This document shows, piece after piece, positions 38,986 to 49,487 of a stretch of DNA of 64,000 bases. Under the pieces are notes generated by a model. The model worked only from the letters and a program-made list of their open reading frames with translations. It ran no database searches and had not been told where the DNA came from. A program made the translations under genes and the position numbers. Each line of letters begins with the position of its first letter. The first letter of the stretch is position 1. Origin of the DNA: Helicobacteraceae bacterium (lineage in GTDB: Bacteria; Campylobacterota; Campylobacteria; Campylobacterales; Helicobacteraceae); contig JBNMKJ010000002.1 of assembly GCA_050874285.1 (NCBI GenBank), forward strand, positions 16,374 through 80,373, read 5' to 3'.

Positions 38986-40258
38986 CATTTACAAAACCAT
39001 AAGACCCAGCTATAAAGGTAGCAAGAAAAGAATTATCGCCATTATCGTGGCGGTGGCAGTTGTGGCGATTGTGGCGATTTTTATCGCGCTAAAATTTGGC
39101 AAAAGTGAGACGCACTATATCACAGAAAATCCCGTGATTGGCGACATTAGCCAAGATGTAAGCGCAACAGGCACACTAGAGCCTACCGACACCGTTGAGG
39201 TGGGTAGCCAAATCTCAGGCACGATTTATGAAGTGCTTGTCGATGTGAATGATGAGGTGAAAAAGGGGCAAGTTTTGGCGAAAATCGACCCAGAAAAATT
39301 AGAGCAATCCGTGGATAATTACGAGGCGCAGTTGCAAAGTGCCAGAGCAGAGCTGACAAGCGCGGAAGTTACGCTAGAGAATAAAAAATGGACTTATGAA
39401 AACTATAAAAATCTCTTTGATAGCACGGGAGGCAAGTCGCCTTCACAGCTCCAGCTAAAAACTGCCGAGCTAGAATACAAAAGCGCGTTAGCAAATATTG
39501 ACATAAAAAAGGCTTCGATTCGTCAGCTAGAGACTTCGCTAAAAAGCGCGAAAATCGATGTGAAAAACTCTATCATCACAAGCCCTACAAATGGCATTAT
39601 TTTGGCGCGTTCAATCGACCCGGGGCAAACTGTGGCAGCGAGTTTCTCAACGCCGACACTTTTTACAATCGCCCAAGATTTAACCAAAATGAAGCTAACT
39701 TCAAGCGTCCTAGAGGCAGATGTCGGGCGCGTGAAAGTCAATCAAGAAGTGGAATTTAGCGTAGATGCTTACCCTAATGAAAAATTCATAGCAAAGGTGG
39801 CAAAGGTGAATTTCGCGGATTCAAGCTCGACAAGCAGTAGTAGCTCATCTAGCTCCACTACTAGCTCAAATATCATAAGCTACGAGGTTACCACCTATGT
39901 GGATAATTCGCAGTTATTGCTCCGACCCGGAATGAGCGCGACAGCCACCATAAAAACAGCAGCGGTTAAAAACGCGCTAATTATTCCTTATCAAGCATTG
40001 CTTTTCACGCCAAGCAAGACAGAAAGCAAAAAAAGCAATGGTGGTGGCGGAATGCCGATGATGGGACCGCCCAAACGCGATAGGCGTTCGTATTCTGGCG
40101 TGGGAAATAAGGGCAGTGTGTGGATTTTGGAAAATGGTGCGCCTAAGCAAGTAGAGATTGACATAGGCATTACAAACGGCAAAAGTGCGCAGGTGTTATC
40201 AAATAATCTAAGCGCGGATTCGCTAGTGATTATCCAAAAAGATGATAGTAAAAAATAG
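38978..40258 (+). CDS. MacA-like periplasmic adaptor (membrane fusion protein)
   Basis: VGSQISGTI, ITSPTNGII, GQTVAAS, LRPGMSA; start moved to the ATG after aagga. Confidence 0.92.
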   Translation: MNNIYKTIRPSYKGSKKRIIAIIVAVAVVAIVAIFIALKFGKSETHYITENPVIGDISQDVSATGTLEPTDTVEVGSQISGTIYEVLVDVNDEVKKGQVLAKIDPEKLEQSVDNYEAQLQSARAELTSAEVTLENKKWTYENYKNLFDSTGGKSPSQLQLKTAELEYKSALANIDIKKASIRQLETSLKSAKIDVKNSIITSPTNGIILARSIDPGQTVAASFSTPTLFTIAQDLTKMKLTSSVLEADVGRVKVNQEVEFSVDAYPNEKFIAKVAKVNFADSSSTSSSSSSSSTTSSNIISYEVTTYVDNSQLLLRPGMSATATIKTAAVKNALIIPYQALLFTPSKTESKKSNGGGGMPMMGPPKRDRRSYSGVGNKGSVWILENGAPKQVEIDIGITNGKSAQVLSNNLSADSLVIIQKDDSKK

Positions 40259-40277
40259 CGATTTTGGCATTCTGCTC

Positions 40278-40372
40278 GGTCATTGCGAGGCGATTTTATA
40301 GAATCGCCGAAGCAATCCACAAATACAAAAATGGATTGCCACGACTTTGCTATGCAAAGTCTCGCAATGACG
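40278..40372. repeat. CGTC-type palindromic repeat doublet inside the efflux operon
   Basis: ggtcattgcgag-gcgattt-tata-gaatcgc..gaagcaatcc and ggattgccac-gactttgc-tat-gcaaagtc-tcgcaatgacg. Confidence 0.85.
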
Positions 40373-40409
40373 AAGTGGGGTAAGATTCGCTAAATTATGG
40401 GAGCAAAAA

Positions 40410-41132
40410 ATGTTTATCAAACTAAGCAATATCACCAAAACTTATGGTGAGGGCGAAAACGCATTTCGTGCGCTAAAGGGCGTGAATCTAGAGATTGACA
40501 AAGGCGATTTTGTCGCGCTTATGGGACCAAGTGGCAGTGGCAAAAGCACAATGGCAAATATTTTGGGTTGCCTTGATGTTGCCACAAGTGGCGAGTATCT
40601 CTTTGAAGATGTGAGTGTTTCAAAGCTAACGCGCAATGAAAGGGCGTTGCTGCGGCGACATTTTATTGGATTCATATTTCAGGGATTCAACCTTTTGCCA
40701 CGCACCACCGCGCTAGAAAATGTCGAATTGCCCCTTTTATATCGTGGTGTGCCAAAGGCAGAGCGACAAAAAATTGCAATGGATTCGCTAAAAATGGTGG
40801 GATTGGATAGCTGGGCGAATCACACTTCAAATAAACTTAGTGGCGGACAGCAGCAGCGCGTGGCGATTGCAAGGGCGATTGCAAGTAAGCCGTTATTTTT
40901 ACTCGCCGATGAGCCTACGGGAAATTTGGATACAAAGCGTAGCGTGGAGATTATGCAGATTTTGCAATGGCTAAATAAGGACTTGGGAATTACTATTTTA
41001 ATGGTTACGCACGAAAGCGAAATGGCAGCTTATGCGAGTAGGGAAGTGCATTTTTTGGACGGCAATATCGATGAATCCAAAGGGCGCGATAGTAAAAATA
41101 ATGCCGTTGTAAGCCAAAGTGCGACAAATTAA
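40410..41132 (+). CDS. MacB-type ABC transporter ATP-binding subunit
   Basis: GPSGSGKST, LSGGQQQRVAIARA, LADEPTGNLD, VTHE. Confidence 0.95.
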   Translation: MFIKLSNITKTYGEGENAFRALKGVNLEIDKGDFVALMGPSGSGKSTMANILGCLDVATSGEYLFEDVSVSKLTRNERALLRRHFIGFIFQGFNLLPRTTALENVELPLLYRGVPKAERQKIAMDSLKMVGLDSWANHTSNKLSGGQQQRVAIARAIASKPLFLLADEPTGNLDTKRSVEIMQILQWLNKDLGITILMVTHESEMAAYASREVHFLDGNIDESKGRDSKNNAVVSQSATN

Positions 41133-41144
41133 AAGGAGAATGCG

Positions 41145-42374
41145 ATGATTTTAAATGCGTTTGCGTTGGCGTTTCGGCAGATTCGCCGTAATGCTTTGAG
41201 GGCATTTTTGACAATGCTAGGCATAATAATTGGCGTAAGTAGCGTGATTGTGATGATTACGCTGGGTAATGGAATGAGTGTGCAGGTGAAGCAAAATATC
41301 GCTAGTCTAGGCAATAATTTGCTTATGCTTATGCCAGCGCGTGGGCTTGATACGGCTGGGCAGAGTTTAAAACGATATTTTAACGAGCAAGAAGTAGATA
41401 TGATTCGCAATCGAATCTATGGTATTAACGCGCTAAGTGCCGTAGGGCAGGGGACTTCACTCGTGCAATATATGCAAAGTTCGCGTGAGAGCGAGACTTT
41501 GGGCGTTGAGAGTGAGTATTTTATCGCGGCGAATTGGGAGATTGAAAATGGGCGCGAATTTTTAGACACCGAGTATAAAAGTGGCGCAAATGTCTGTATC
41601 ATCGGCTCTAGCGTAAAAAAAGAGCTTTTTGCGAGTGCGAATCCGCTAGGCAGCAAACTAAAAATCGGCAACAAGCACGGAAGCCTAATTTGCGAAGTTG
41701 TCGGCACATTAAAGGAAAAAGGGCAGGGCGGAATGAATGACCAAGATGAAATCGTGCTTTTTCCGCTAAAGTCCTACCTGCGCACTTTGGGTAAAGAAAA
41801 AAGCTCTATCAATAATATCAAGCAGGTGCTGATTTCACTAAAGGACGGCGTGGATTCAAAGCAAAAAACGCAAGAGATTAAGGAACTTTTGCGCGAGATT
41901 CGAGGCATTGATAAAAGTGGCAAGGTGGATAACTTTGAGATTCGCGATACCAAGCAATTTGAAGAGGCGATGACTAGCACAATGGCTATGCTGACGCTTT
42001 TTATCGGCTCGATTGCGGGAGTTAGCCTGATTGTGGGCGGAATTGGCATTATGAATATTATGTTAGTCTCCGTAACCGAGCGCACCAAAGAAATCGGCAC
42101 ACGCCTTGCAATCGGCGCACTTGAAAGCGAAGTGCTACTGCAATTTCTAATCGAATCCATTGTGATAAGCTCGATAGGCGGGGTAATTGGCATAATACTA
42201 GCATTTATTATATCGCTGGTGCTTTGTATCGTAATGGAGATTCCATTCGTATTTGGCGTAGGAATCGCGATTGTGGCGTTTGTATTTTCGGGCTTTTTAG
42301 GAGTGCTATTTGGCTATCTACCCGCAAGACGCGCATCAAAGCTAAATCCTATTGACGCATTACGGCACGAGTAA
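41145..42374 (+). CDS. MacB-type ABC transporter permease
   Basis: LTMLGIIIGVSSV, GGIGIMNIMLVSVTERTKEIG, PARRASKLNPIDALR. Confidence 0.95.
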   Translation: MILNAFALAFRQIRRNALRAFLTMLGIIIGVSSVIVMITLGNGMSVQVKQNIASLGNNLLMLMPARGLDTAGQSLKRYFNEQEVDMIRNRIYGINALSAVGQGTSLVQYMQSSRESETLGVESEYFIAANWEIENGREFLDTEYKSGANVCIIGSSVKKELFASANPLGSKLKIGNKHGSLICEVVGTLKEKGQGGMNDQDEIVLFPLKSYLRTLGKEKSSINNIKQVLISLKDGVDSKQKTQEIKELLREIRGIDKSGKVDNFEIRDTKQFEEAMTSTMAMLTLFIGSIAGVSLIVGGIGIMNIMLVSVTERTKEIGTRLAIGALESEVLLQFLIESIVISSIGGVIGIILAFIISLVLCIVMEIPFVFGVGIAIVAFVFSGFLGVLFGYLPARRASKLNPIDALRHE

Positions 42375-42430
42375 AGGCGTGGGTGTGCTTTGTGCGTGGC
42401 GATTTGCTTTTGATTTGTGATTTGCTAAAA

Positions 42431-42747
42431 TGGATACTTTTAGCTGAAGCCCTTAGTATGACGGAATTTTTTGCTTTGTCATACTGAGCGAATAAATCTA
42501 AATTATATGAATCCTTGTTATCTATCGTCATTGCGAGACTTGCCTTTTGCAAGTCGTGGCAATCCAAATGAATCACTTTTAGATTTGTGTAAAGTAGGTG
42601 AAACACCTTTGGTTTTAAGTGTCTAAAATAGATTGCTTCGGGCATTGCCCTCGCAATGACGAAATTTATCGCCTTGCCATTGCGAGACTTTTTCAAAAAG
42701 TCGAAGCAATCTAAAATAAACTTTTGAATGTATGTGTGGATTGCCAC
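42431..42747. repeat. palindromic repeat cluster with GTCATACT and GTCATTGC variants
   Basis: 42431-42463 reverse ATACT type, 42477 partial, 42526-42565 forward, 42630-42661 reverse, 42675-42712 forward, 42738 truncated. Confidence 0.8.
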
Positions 42748-42807
42748 TGCTTTTTCTTAAAAATAAATTTGCAATTCTAATTATCTTAGATTTAAAATCG
42801 ACTTAAT

Positions 42808-43500
42808 TCACTCCGCCTCTTTTTGCAAATCTATGCTTTGTGCGTTTTGTAGCTCCGCTTGGCATTCTTTTAAAAATGCCTCTCTAGTGGCGATTCTATC
42901 CTTGTCATTTTCATTTTTTAGGCGCAATTCCGCTTTGGCGCACTCATCTTTTAGCAATTCGATTTCGCGATTCAAAGCCCAAAGCACGACTTTTTCATCG
43001 AATCTCGGCGCAAATCTTGTCTCGCCATCTACCTCAATGTTAGCCCCACTCGCGCGATTTGCCACGATATGGCTACACGCAAACGAATCGCCGTATTCGC
43101 AGCCCTTCACCGCAAAATCATCATTGCCTTGCAATATTCCCAGCGCAGAGCAACCACTGCCATTTTTGCCCTCACACGCGGTTTTGAAAAGTGCTATCGC
43201 TTTGTCCTCTTTGGCGCGATAATCATCAGTGGGGACATTTAGGTGATTTGTGTATGTGTAGCCAAGCAAAGTGCAGTTGTGGTAGTCTCCAGCCTCGCAG
43301 GTGGATTGCAGGATTTCCTCGCATTGTGTGCCTGACTCCACGCTCCAGCAGACTTCGCGCATAGCCTCATCAATCCATCTTGGCGATGAAATGGAATTAG
43401 AGCGCAAATCTTGCGTGGCACAAGCGGTAAAAAATATGGTGGCAAAAAGTGCGATTATAGCGGATAAAAGCGCGAATCGTGGGAATCTAAAGATTTTCAT
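42808..43500 (-). CDS. Cys-rich lipoprotein with Sel1-like repeats (Hcp-like)
   Basis: Lipobox FTAC, CEAGDYHNCTLLG, ACEGKNGSGCSALG, GCEYGDSFAC. Confidence 0.75.
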   Translation of the reverse strand: MKIFRFPRFALLSAIIALFATIFFTACATQDLRSNSISSPRWIDEAMREVCWSVESGTQCEEILQSTCEAGDYHNCTLLGYTYTNHLNVPTDDYRAKEDKAIALFKTACEGKNGSGCSALGILQGNDDFAVKGCEYGDSFACSHIVANRASGANIEVDGETRFAPRFDEKVVLWALNREIELLKDECAKAELRLKNENDKDRIATREAFLKECQAELQNAQSIDLQKEAE

Positions 43501-43656
43501 TTGGCACTTCCTTGTAGTAAATTTTGCGCGGATTCTACCAAAAATATCATTTAAGATTCGCCACTGCCAAATCGCAAAGCATTATTATGGCTTTGCTATG
43601 GGGCGCGAATCCTAAAAATCCATTGACTTTATGGGCAAAACTGCCCATAAAAATTT

Positions 43657-44487
43657 TTACAATTTTGGTTCGATGATGATAGATTCGGGGCTGATTTTTT
43701 CGCCATAGACTTCTTTTAGCTCTGCGTTGTAGGCTTCTTTGATAAAGCCCTCACTGCCTAGCTTTACTAAAATCTCATTTAGCGCATTTAGTAGCTCTGT
43801 ATTACCCTTTTTTACCGCTGGAGCTATGACATCATCGTTTCCTAAATGTTCAATTCCCACGCCGTAGCCTTCATTGCTCTTTGCCCACGCAAAAAGTAGC
43901 AAATTATCGTGCGCCAAAGCATCGCCTCTGCCGTCCTTTAGAGCCATAAATGCCTCTGTATTTTGGTCGAATTTTAGCAATTTAATCTCAGGATGATTCT
44001 TGCTAAAATACGCGTCCGCCGTAGTTCCCTTATTTACAATAAGCGTTTTGTCCTTTAAATCCTCTACGCTTTTGATTGCGCCGTCCTTTGACACCACGCC
44101 AAGCGCGACTTTCATATATGGCAGTGCGAAATCCACTTTTTCCTCGCGCTCAGGCGTTTTGGTAAAGTTTGCAAAGACAATATCCACGCGATTTGAGTTT
44201 GGATATTCCACGCGGTTTTGCGCCTCTACAAGCACAAATTCCGCCTTGTTCTCATCACCCAAAAGTTCCTTTGCCACGCGCTTTGCGATATAGACATCAA
44301 AGCCCACGCTTACGCCATTTTCCACATAGCCAAAGGGCGGTTTGTCGCCAAACACGCCGATAACGACTTTGTCTTTTTCTTTGATTTGCGCTAAGGTGCT
44401 ACTTTGCTGCTTTTCACACGCGCTAAAAAACGCGCCAAATAATACGCCCATTCCTAATACTAACGATATTTTTAAAAATTTCAACAT
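43657..44487 (-). CDS. amino-acid (cysteine) ABC transporter substrate-binding lipoprotein, CjaA-like
   Basis: IGVFGDKPPFGY, ANFTKTPER, PYMKVALGVV, DALAHDN, IAPAVKKGN. Confidence 0.9.
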   Translation of the reverse strand: MLKFLKISLVLGMGVLFGAFFSACEKQQSSTLAQIKEKDKVVIGVFGDKPPFGYVENGVSVGFDVYIAKRVAKELLGDENKAEFVLVEAQNRVEYPNSNRVDIVFANFTKTPEREEKVDFALPYMKVALGVVSKDGAIKSVEDLKDKTLIVNKGTTADAYFSKNHPEIKLLKFDQNTEAFMALKDGRGDALAHDNLLLFAWAKSNEGYGVGIEHLGNDDVIAPAVKKGNTELLNALNEILVKLGSEGFIKEAYNAELKEVYGEKISPESIIIEPKL

Positions 44488-44629
44488 TTTTTGTCCTTTG
44501 ATTTTAGATTTTTTAAAAAGCGCAATTTTTTCACAAATAAGTTAAATTTTTGTTAAAAATCGCTGATTTTTTGCATATTTTTACAAATTGTAACTATTTG
44601 CTACGAATCTAGATTCATAAATTTTAGAT

Positions 44630-45361
44630 TCACGCCTTTTTATGCTTTTTGCTAATGTAAATATTGATAGATTCCACAGCTAAAGAAAACGCCATAGCAA
44701 AATAAATATACGCTTTTGATATGTGAAAATCAAGCCCATCAGCGATAAGTGTAACGCCCACAAGGATTAGAAATGCGAGTGCTAGGACTTTTATGCTGGG
44801 ATTTTCATCGACAAATTGCGCGATATATTTTGAGGCAAACATCATTATAAATACCGCGATAATTACGGCTAAAATCATCACAGGCAAGTCTTTTGCCATT
44901 CCCACCGCCGTGATGACGGAATCAAGCGAAAATATAATATCCAAAAGCGCGATTTGGATTAGTGTGCCACCAAAACTCGCCTTTTTAGTCGAATCAAATT
45001 CATCGTGGGATTCGCCCTCTATTTGGGCGTGAATTTCAATCGTGCTTTTCCAAATCAAAAATAATCCGCCCCCGATTAAAATCAAATCTTTGCCCGAAAT
45101 ATCTACGCCAAATACGCTAAATAGTGGCTCTACTAGCTTCATAATCAAAAAGATTGAGGTAAGCAAGGCGATTCGCGTTAGCATTGCCAAAGAAAGTCCT
45201 AAGATTCGCGCTCTATCGCGTTGCACTTGAGGCAGACGCGTAACCAAAATGGCGATAAATATGATATTATCAATGCCAAGCACAATCTCTAAAAACGTAA
45301 GCGTAACAAGCGCAACCCACGCTTCAGGCGACAAAAGCCACGAAAAATCAAGTAAATCCAT
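44630..45361 (-). CDS. TerC family membrane protein
   Basis: LEIVLGIDNI, DIIFSLDSVITAVG, YIYFAMAFS. Confidence 0.93.
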   Translation of the reverse strand: MDLLDFSWLLSPEAWVALVTLTFLEIVLGIDNIIFIAILVTRLPQVQRDRARILGLSLAMLTRIALLTSIFLIMKLVEPLFSVFGVDISGKDLILIGGGLFLIWKSTIEIHAQIEGESHDEFDSTKKASFGGTLIQIALLDIIFSLDSVITAVGMAKDLPVMILAVIIAVFIMMFASKYIAQFVDENPSIKVLALAFLILVGVTLIADGLDFHISKAYIYFAMAFSLAVESINIYISKKHKKA

Positions 45362-45455
45362 CGCGAATCCTTAAAAATTTTTTGCTAAAGAAACTTGCAT
45401 TATATAATATTTTTTGTGAATGTATTTGGCTGTTGTGCCGTCATTGCGATGATAG

Positions 45456-46391
45456 CTAAATCAATACGCTTTCATCTTTTTTGCCACCAAAATTTGTTAC
45501 AAAGCCCTGCGTTAGGCGCATTCCATACAGCACCACAACCCAAGAGCAATAAATCCACAAGATAAAAAACATTAGAATCGAAAATGAGCCATAAATCGTG
45601 CTATACGCCTTATTGAAAAATACATAATACACAAACGCCCATTTCAACACACTCCACACAATCATAGTGATGAGCGATGACGCAAGTAGCGAGAAAAATG
45701 GCAGTGGCTTGTTTGAGAGAATTTTAAATAGCACAAAAAACAGCACCCAAATGGACAAAAATGGCAGTAAATCCGCGAAATTCACAAATGAAAGCGTGGT
45801 GTTGTTAATAATACTTTGCACTTCACTGCTGAAATACACGCTCACGCCAATGCCAATGGGTGAAAGTGTCATCAACGCCCAATACACCACCAGCGCGTCA
45901 AAAAATCCGCGCTTTTTAGATTCAAAGACTTTGACGCTAATGTCCTCTAAGTTGCGAAAAAATAAGATTGAGGCAAAGATTGCATAGATGAGTGCGCTCA
46001 TTCCTAGCCCTTGCGAGTTTCGCATAAATTCATCTAAATAGCGCGAGATTTCCTCTGTGTTTGCGGGAGAAATGTTTGATAGGATTATGCCACGCACTTC
46101 GTCCATTTGGTTTTGAAAGTTTGGAATCGATGAGAGCGTGGGCAAAATCACAATGATGACAGGCACGATGGCTGAAAGCGTGTAAAAGCTAAGCGAAGCG
46201 GCGTAAGTCTCTACATTGCTAAAAAACGACAAAAAGTCTAAGATTCGCTGTTTTATGCGCCCTATAACTTTGCAAAACGCGTTTTTAACCTCCACGAATC
46301 GCCAAAAAATTCTCCCAAAAATTGATTTTTGTCCTTTCAATACTTGCCCCTTTGTAAAATCTAAAAGCGCATTATAGCGTGAATCTTGCAA
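45456..46391 (-). CDS. YihY/virulence factor BrkB family protein
   Basis: YAASLSFYT, YSTIYGSFS, LWIYCSWVVVLYG; start uncertain. Confidence 0.88.
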   Translation of the reverse strand: MQDSRYNALLDFTKGQVLKGQKSIFGRIFWRFVEVKNAFCKVIGRIKQRILDFLSFFSNVETYAASLSFYTLSAIVPVIIVILPTLSSIPNFQNQMDEVRGIILSNISPANTEEISRYLDEFMRNSQGLGMSALIYAIFASILFFRNLEDISVKVFESKKRGFFDALVVYWALMTLSPIGIGVSVYFSSEVQSIINNTTLSFVNFADLLPFLSIWVLFFVLFKILSNKPLPFFSLLASSLITMIVWSVLKWAFVYYVFFNKAYSTIYGSFSILMFFILWIYCSWVVVLYGMRLTQGFVTNFGGKKDESVLI

Positions 46392-46403
46392 AATATTTAT
46401 AAA

Positions 46404-47228
46404 TTATTTTGCCCCTTTGCCTTTTTTAAAGTTGATTAAATCGCGCACGGTGCGCACTTCGCTAGGCAGACTTAGCAAACTTGTCTCAAAGACTTTTATG
46501 GCGATTTCGCAGTCTGCTAACGCGCGGTGGCGCACGGGGCTGTTTATGCCTAAAAATCCATTTAAAAATCCAAGCCCATATTTTTCCGCAACAATGGTTT
46601 TTCGTGCGAGTTCAAGGGTGCAGATTCGCGCATTTTTCATCAACGGAATCCCACAAAGAGCGAGTTTTTCGTTGATAAAATTAAAGTCAAATTTTATGTT
46701 GTGCGCCATAAAAATGCTAGATTCCAAAAACACCTTAAAATCGCGTAGCACGGCGTTTAAACTCGGCGCACCGATTAGCGAATCGCTTGTAATGCCCGTG
46801 ATTTCGGTGATTTTGGGCGGAACAATGGGCGCGAAAATATAACTCTCAAATCGCTCTAAAATCTCGCCGTTGCGGTATTTTATCGCGCCGATTTCGATGA
46901 TTTCATCGCTTTGCGGGGAAAATCCTGTGGTCTCAATATCCACAATGCAAAAAGTGCTATCAAATATATCCTTGCTAATGTCGCAAAAAATCGCGTTATC
47001 TTGCGTGTAAAGCGGGATTCCAAGCGATTTGGCGATTTCAAACTCCACCGCAAAATCGCCCACCAAATCCTCAAACTCCGCTATACTAAGGCAATCGCGC
47101 TCCATAAATAGCGCGAATAAATCATCGTATTTTTGTAGTTCATCGCGCAAATCTTGCGAATCTTGCGCTGATTCGTCTATATTGCGCGATTTTTGCGCGG
47201 TTTTTCTCTGCCCTAAAATCTGTGTCAA
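46404..47228 (-). CDS. DnaQ-like DEDDh 3'-5' exonuclease
   Basis: VDIETTG, IIEIGAIK, AHNIKFD, CTLELA, HRALAD. Confidence 0.9.
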   Translation of the reverse strand: MTQILGQRKTAQKSRNIDESAQDSQDLRDELQKYDDLFALFMERDCLSIAEFEDLVGDFAVEFEIAKSLGIPLYTQDNAIFCDISKDIFDSTFCIVDIETTGFSPQSDEIIEIGAIKYRNGEILERFESYIFAPIVPPKITEITGITSDSLIGAPSLNAVLRDFKVFLESSIFMAHNIKFDFNFINEKLALCGIPLMKNARICTLELARKTIVAEKYGLGFLNGFLGINSPVRHRALADCEIAIKVFETSLLSLPSEVRTVRDLINFKKGKGAK

Positions 47229-47236
47229 ACGCGCCC

Positions 47237-47887
47237 CTAACGCAACGAATCTATTGCCTTTTGGTAATTTTTGCTACCAAAAATATAGCTTCCGCTCACC
47301 ACCAAATCCACGCCCGAATCTTTGACTAAAGAGATATTTTTATCGCAGATTCCGCCGTCCATTTCCAAAATACAGCTAGGATTTTGCGCATCTATCATTC
47401 CGCGCACTTTGATTGCCTTTTCTAGTGTGCTTGTGATGAAACTCTGCGCGGCAAAGCCCGGATTCACGCTCATTAAAAGCACCAAATCCACATAGCGCAA
47501 AATGTATTCTAAACATTCCTGCGAAGTGTGCGGATTTAGGACGATTCCAGCCTTTATGTCATAGCTTTTGATGAGATTTATCGTGCGGTTAATGTGCGAT
47601 TCGCGCTCCGCGTGAAAGCTAATAAACGCAGGGCGGAGCGGGGCAAAATAGTTGATGAAAAACTCCGCATTTTCCACCATCAAGTGAATATCAAGTGGCT
47701 TGGTGCTTTTTTGCGCGATAGATTCGACAATCGCTTTACCAAAGGTGAGATTTGGCACGAAATGCCCGTCCATTATGTCGATATGCAAAAACTCGCAATC
47801 GCTTTGATTTAACGCTTCAATTTCCTCATTTAGCCGCCCAAAGTCCGCTGAGAGCATACTTGGCGCAATCATCATCTTTTTTGTCAT
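47237..47887 (-). CDS. rpe: ribulose-phosphate 3-epimerase
   Basis: IAPSMLSADFG, HIDIMDGHFVPNLTFG, MSVNPGF, EMDGG; start moved to MTKKMM. Confidence 0.96.
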   Translation of the reverse strand: MTKKMMIAPSMLSADFGRLNEEIEALNQSDCEFLHIDIMDGHFVPNLTFGKAIVESIAQKSTKPLDIHLMVENAEFFINYFAPLRPAFISFHAERESHINRTINLIKSYDIKAGIVLNPHTSQECLEYILRYVDLVLLMSVNPGFAAQSFITSTLEKAIKVRGMIDAQNPSCILEMDGGICDKNISLVKDSGVDLVVSGSYIFGSKNYQKAIDSLR

Positions 47888-47951
47888 ATAGTCTCCAAAA
47901 AATGCTAAAATAAAGCGCAATTATAGCATTAAAATTTTTGCAATATATAAT

Positions 47952-49487
47952 TTAAGAAACTACGCTATCTATCCAGCCTAAATCCCGCACCACAAGGCTA
48001 GGGAATCGCCCCTTTGTGCTTTGCAAATCCGCTCTTTGCGTCTCGCCTGTGAGAGTGCAGATAAAATCGCAATCCATATTATCCGCTAATGCCTTATCCG
48101 TGTAGATTCTATCGCCTATGATAGCGATTTGGCTTTTGTCATATTGGCTTAAAAGCGATTCCACCAAAGCGATATTTGGTTTGCCAAAAATTATGCTAGG
48201 TGTTCGCGTAGTCGTAGATGACAAAAGCTCTATGTAGCTACCAATATCTGGCATAGCTCCCCACTCTGATGGGCAAAATATATCCTTGTGCGTGGCGATA
48301 TACTCGGCGTTTGTGTTATTTAGCAAAATGCAAATATTTTGTAATTTACTATAAGTGATTTGCGTATCATAAGTGAGTATCACGGCTTGATTTTGCGATT
48401 TATCAAAGCTAAAATCGATATTTGGCAAATTTGATTCTAAAAAGTGCGTAACTTTATCATTTGCCACCAAATACGCGCTTTTGATTTGCTGTGAGCGCAA
48501 ATACTCTATGAGTGCGTTTAGCGGGGTTATGATATGATTTATGTCTGTGATGATTCCAAAGGATTGTAGCTTTGCCACATAGTCGCTTGGGATTTTAGAA
48601 GTATTATTCGTTAGGAAATACACTTGCAAGTCGCCTTGTGCGCGTTTGATAAAATCTATGGAGTTTTGCAAGGGCTTATCTCCCACGCATAAAGTGCCGT
48701 CCATATCGCATATAATAGCCCTTTTGCTACCCAAATCAAAATCGCTAAAGACTCTATCAGCCAATGCCAAATCATATTCATTATCCACTTCTACCCATTT
48801 TTTAGAATCTATGTCGTGCGGATAGACTTTGACTTGGCGAAATAACGGCGGAAACGCCACTTCGCTCCATTGTGTCAAATCCTTTTTGACTTCGATAAAA
48901 TCTTTGATGATTTCAAAAAGGGCATTTGCCCCAAGTGCGGAGAATTTATACAAATCCGTAGAGATTCCATCGCTTTTGCTTGGCGGTATGTCTTTGGCGA
49001 TATTGCATAGAGATTTATCGGTGTTTATAGAGATTTTCATTGATTCGTCATTGTAGATTCCACTCTCAATCGCGATAGAATCTATCAAAGCGCAATGCAC
49101 AAAATCTTTGATTAGCGATTCTTCATACAAGCAATCCGCATTATTGACAAAAAGTGTGCTAAGCGTATCTAGTGGCAAAGATTTTAGTGCTAGATAAAGT
49201 GAGTGCATATTATTTGTGGTGGCATAATCACTATTCCTAATCGTGCGGATTTGCGGATAGTGTCGCGCTAAAAAGGACTCTATCATATTGCTTTTATATC
49301 CTGTAACGACTAGGATATTTTTTTGAGCCAATCCAGCGTTTAGATAGCCTCTAATTTGATAATCCAAAATCGCCCTGCCATTTACTAAAATCAAAGATTT
49401 TGGACAACTTTTAGTAATGCTATGAAGCCTAGAGCCAAATCCAGCGGATAAAATAATGGCGAAAGATTCGTTGAGAGTTATTTTCAC
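47952..49487 (-). CDS. fused sugar/alcohol-phosphate nucleotidyltransferase (LicC-like) and HAD IIA (NagD-like) phosphatase
   Basis: N-half ILSAGFGSRL..PKSLI..NNADCLY..WVEVDNEYD; C-half CDMDGTL..LTNNTS..GKP..IGDRIYTD. Confidence 0.85.
   Translation of the reverse strand: MKITLNESFAIILSAGFGSRLHSITKSCPKSLILVNGRAILDYQIRGYLNAGLAQKNILVVTGYKSNMIESFLARHYPQIRTIRNSDYATTNNMHSLYLALKSLPLDTLSTLFVNNADCLYEESLIKDFVHCALIDSIAIESGIYNDESMKISINTDKSLCNIAKDIPPSKSDGISTDLYKFSALGANALFEIIKDFIEVKKDLTQWSEVAFPPLFRQVKVYPHDIDSKKWVEVDNEYDLALADRVFSDFDLGSKRAIICDMDGTLCVGDKPLQNSIDFIKRAQGDLQVYFLTNNTSKIPSDYVAKLQSFGIITDINHIITPLNALIEYLRSQQIKSAYLVANDKVTHFLESNLPNIDFSFDKSQNQAVILTYDTQITYSKLQNICILLNNTNAEYIATHKDIFCPSEWGAMPDIGSYIELLSSTTTRTPSIIFGKPNIALVESLLSQYDKSQIAIIGDRIYTDKALADNMDCDFICTLTGETQRADLQSTKGRFPSLVVRDLGWIDSVVS

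Noticed and set aside
43628-43651. Intrinsic terminator after the CjaA-like gene
   Set aside because: Perfect 10-bp hairpin (tttatgggca/tgcccataaa), but no U-tract follows it on the minus strand, so function is unsupported
45438-45452. Full repeat unit at the yihY 3' end
   Set aside because: Only the left tag (cgtcattgcga) is present, with no hairpin or right arm; counted as a fragment only
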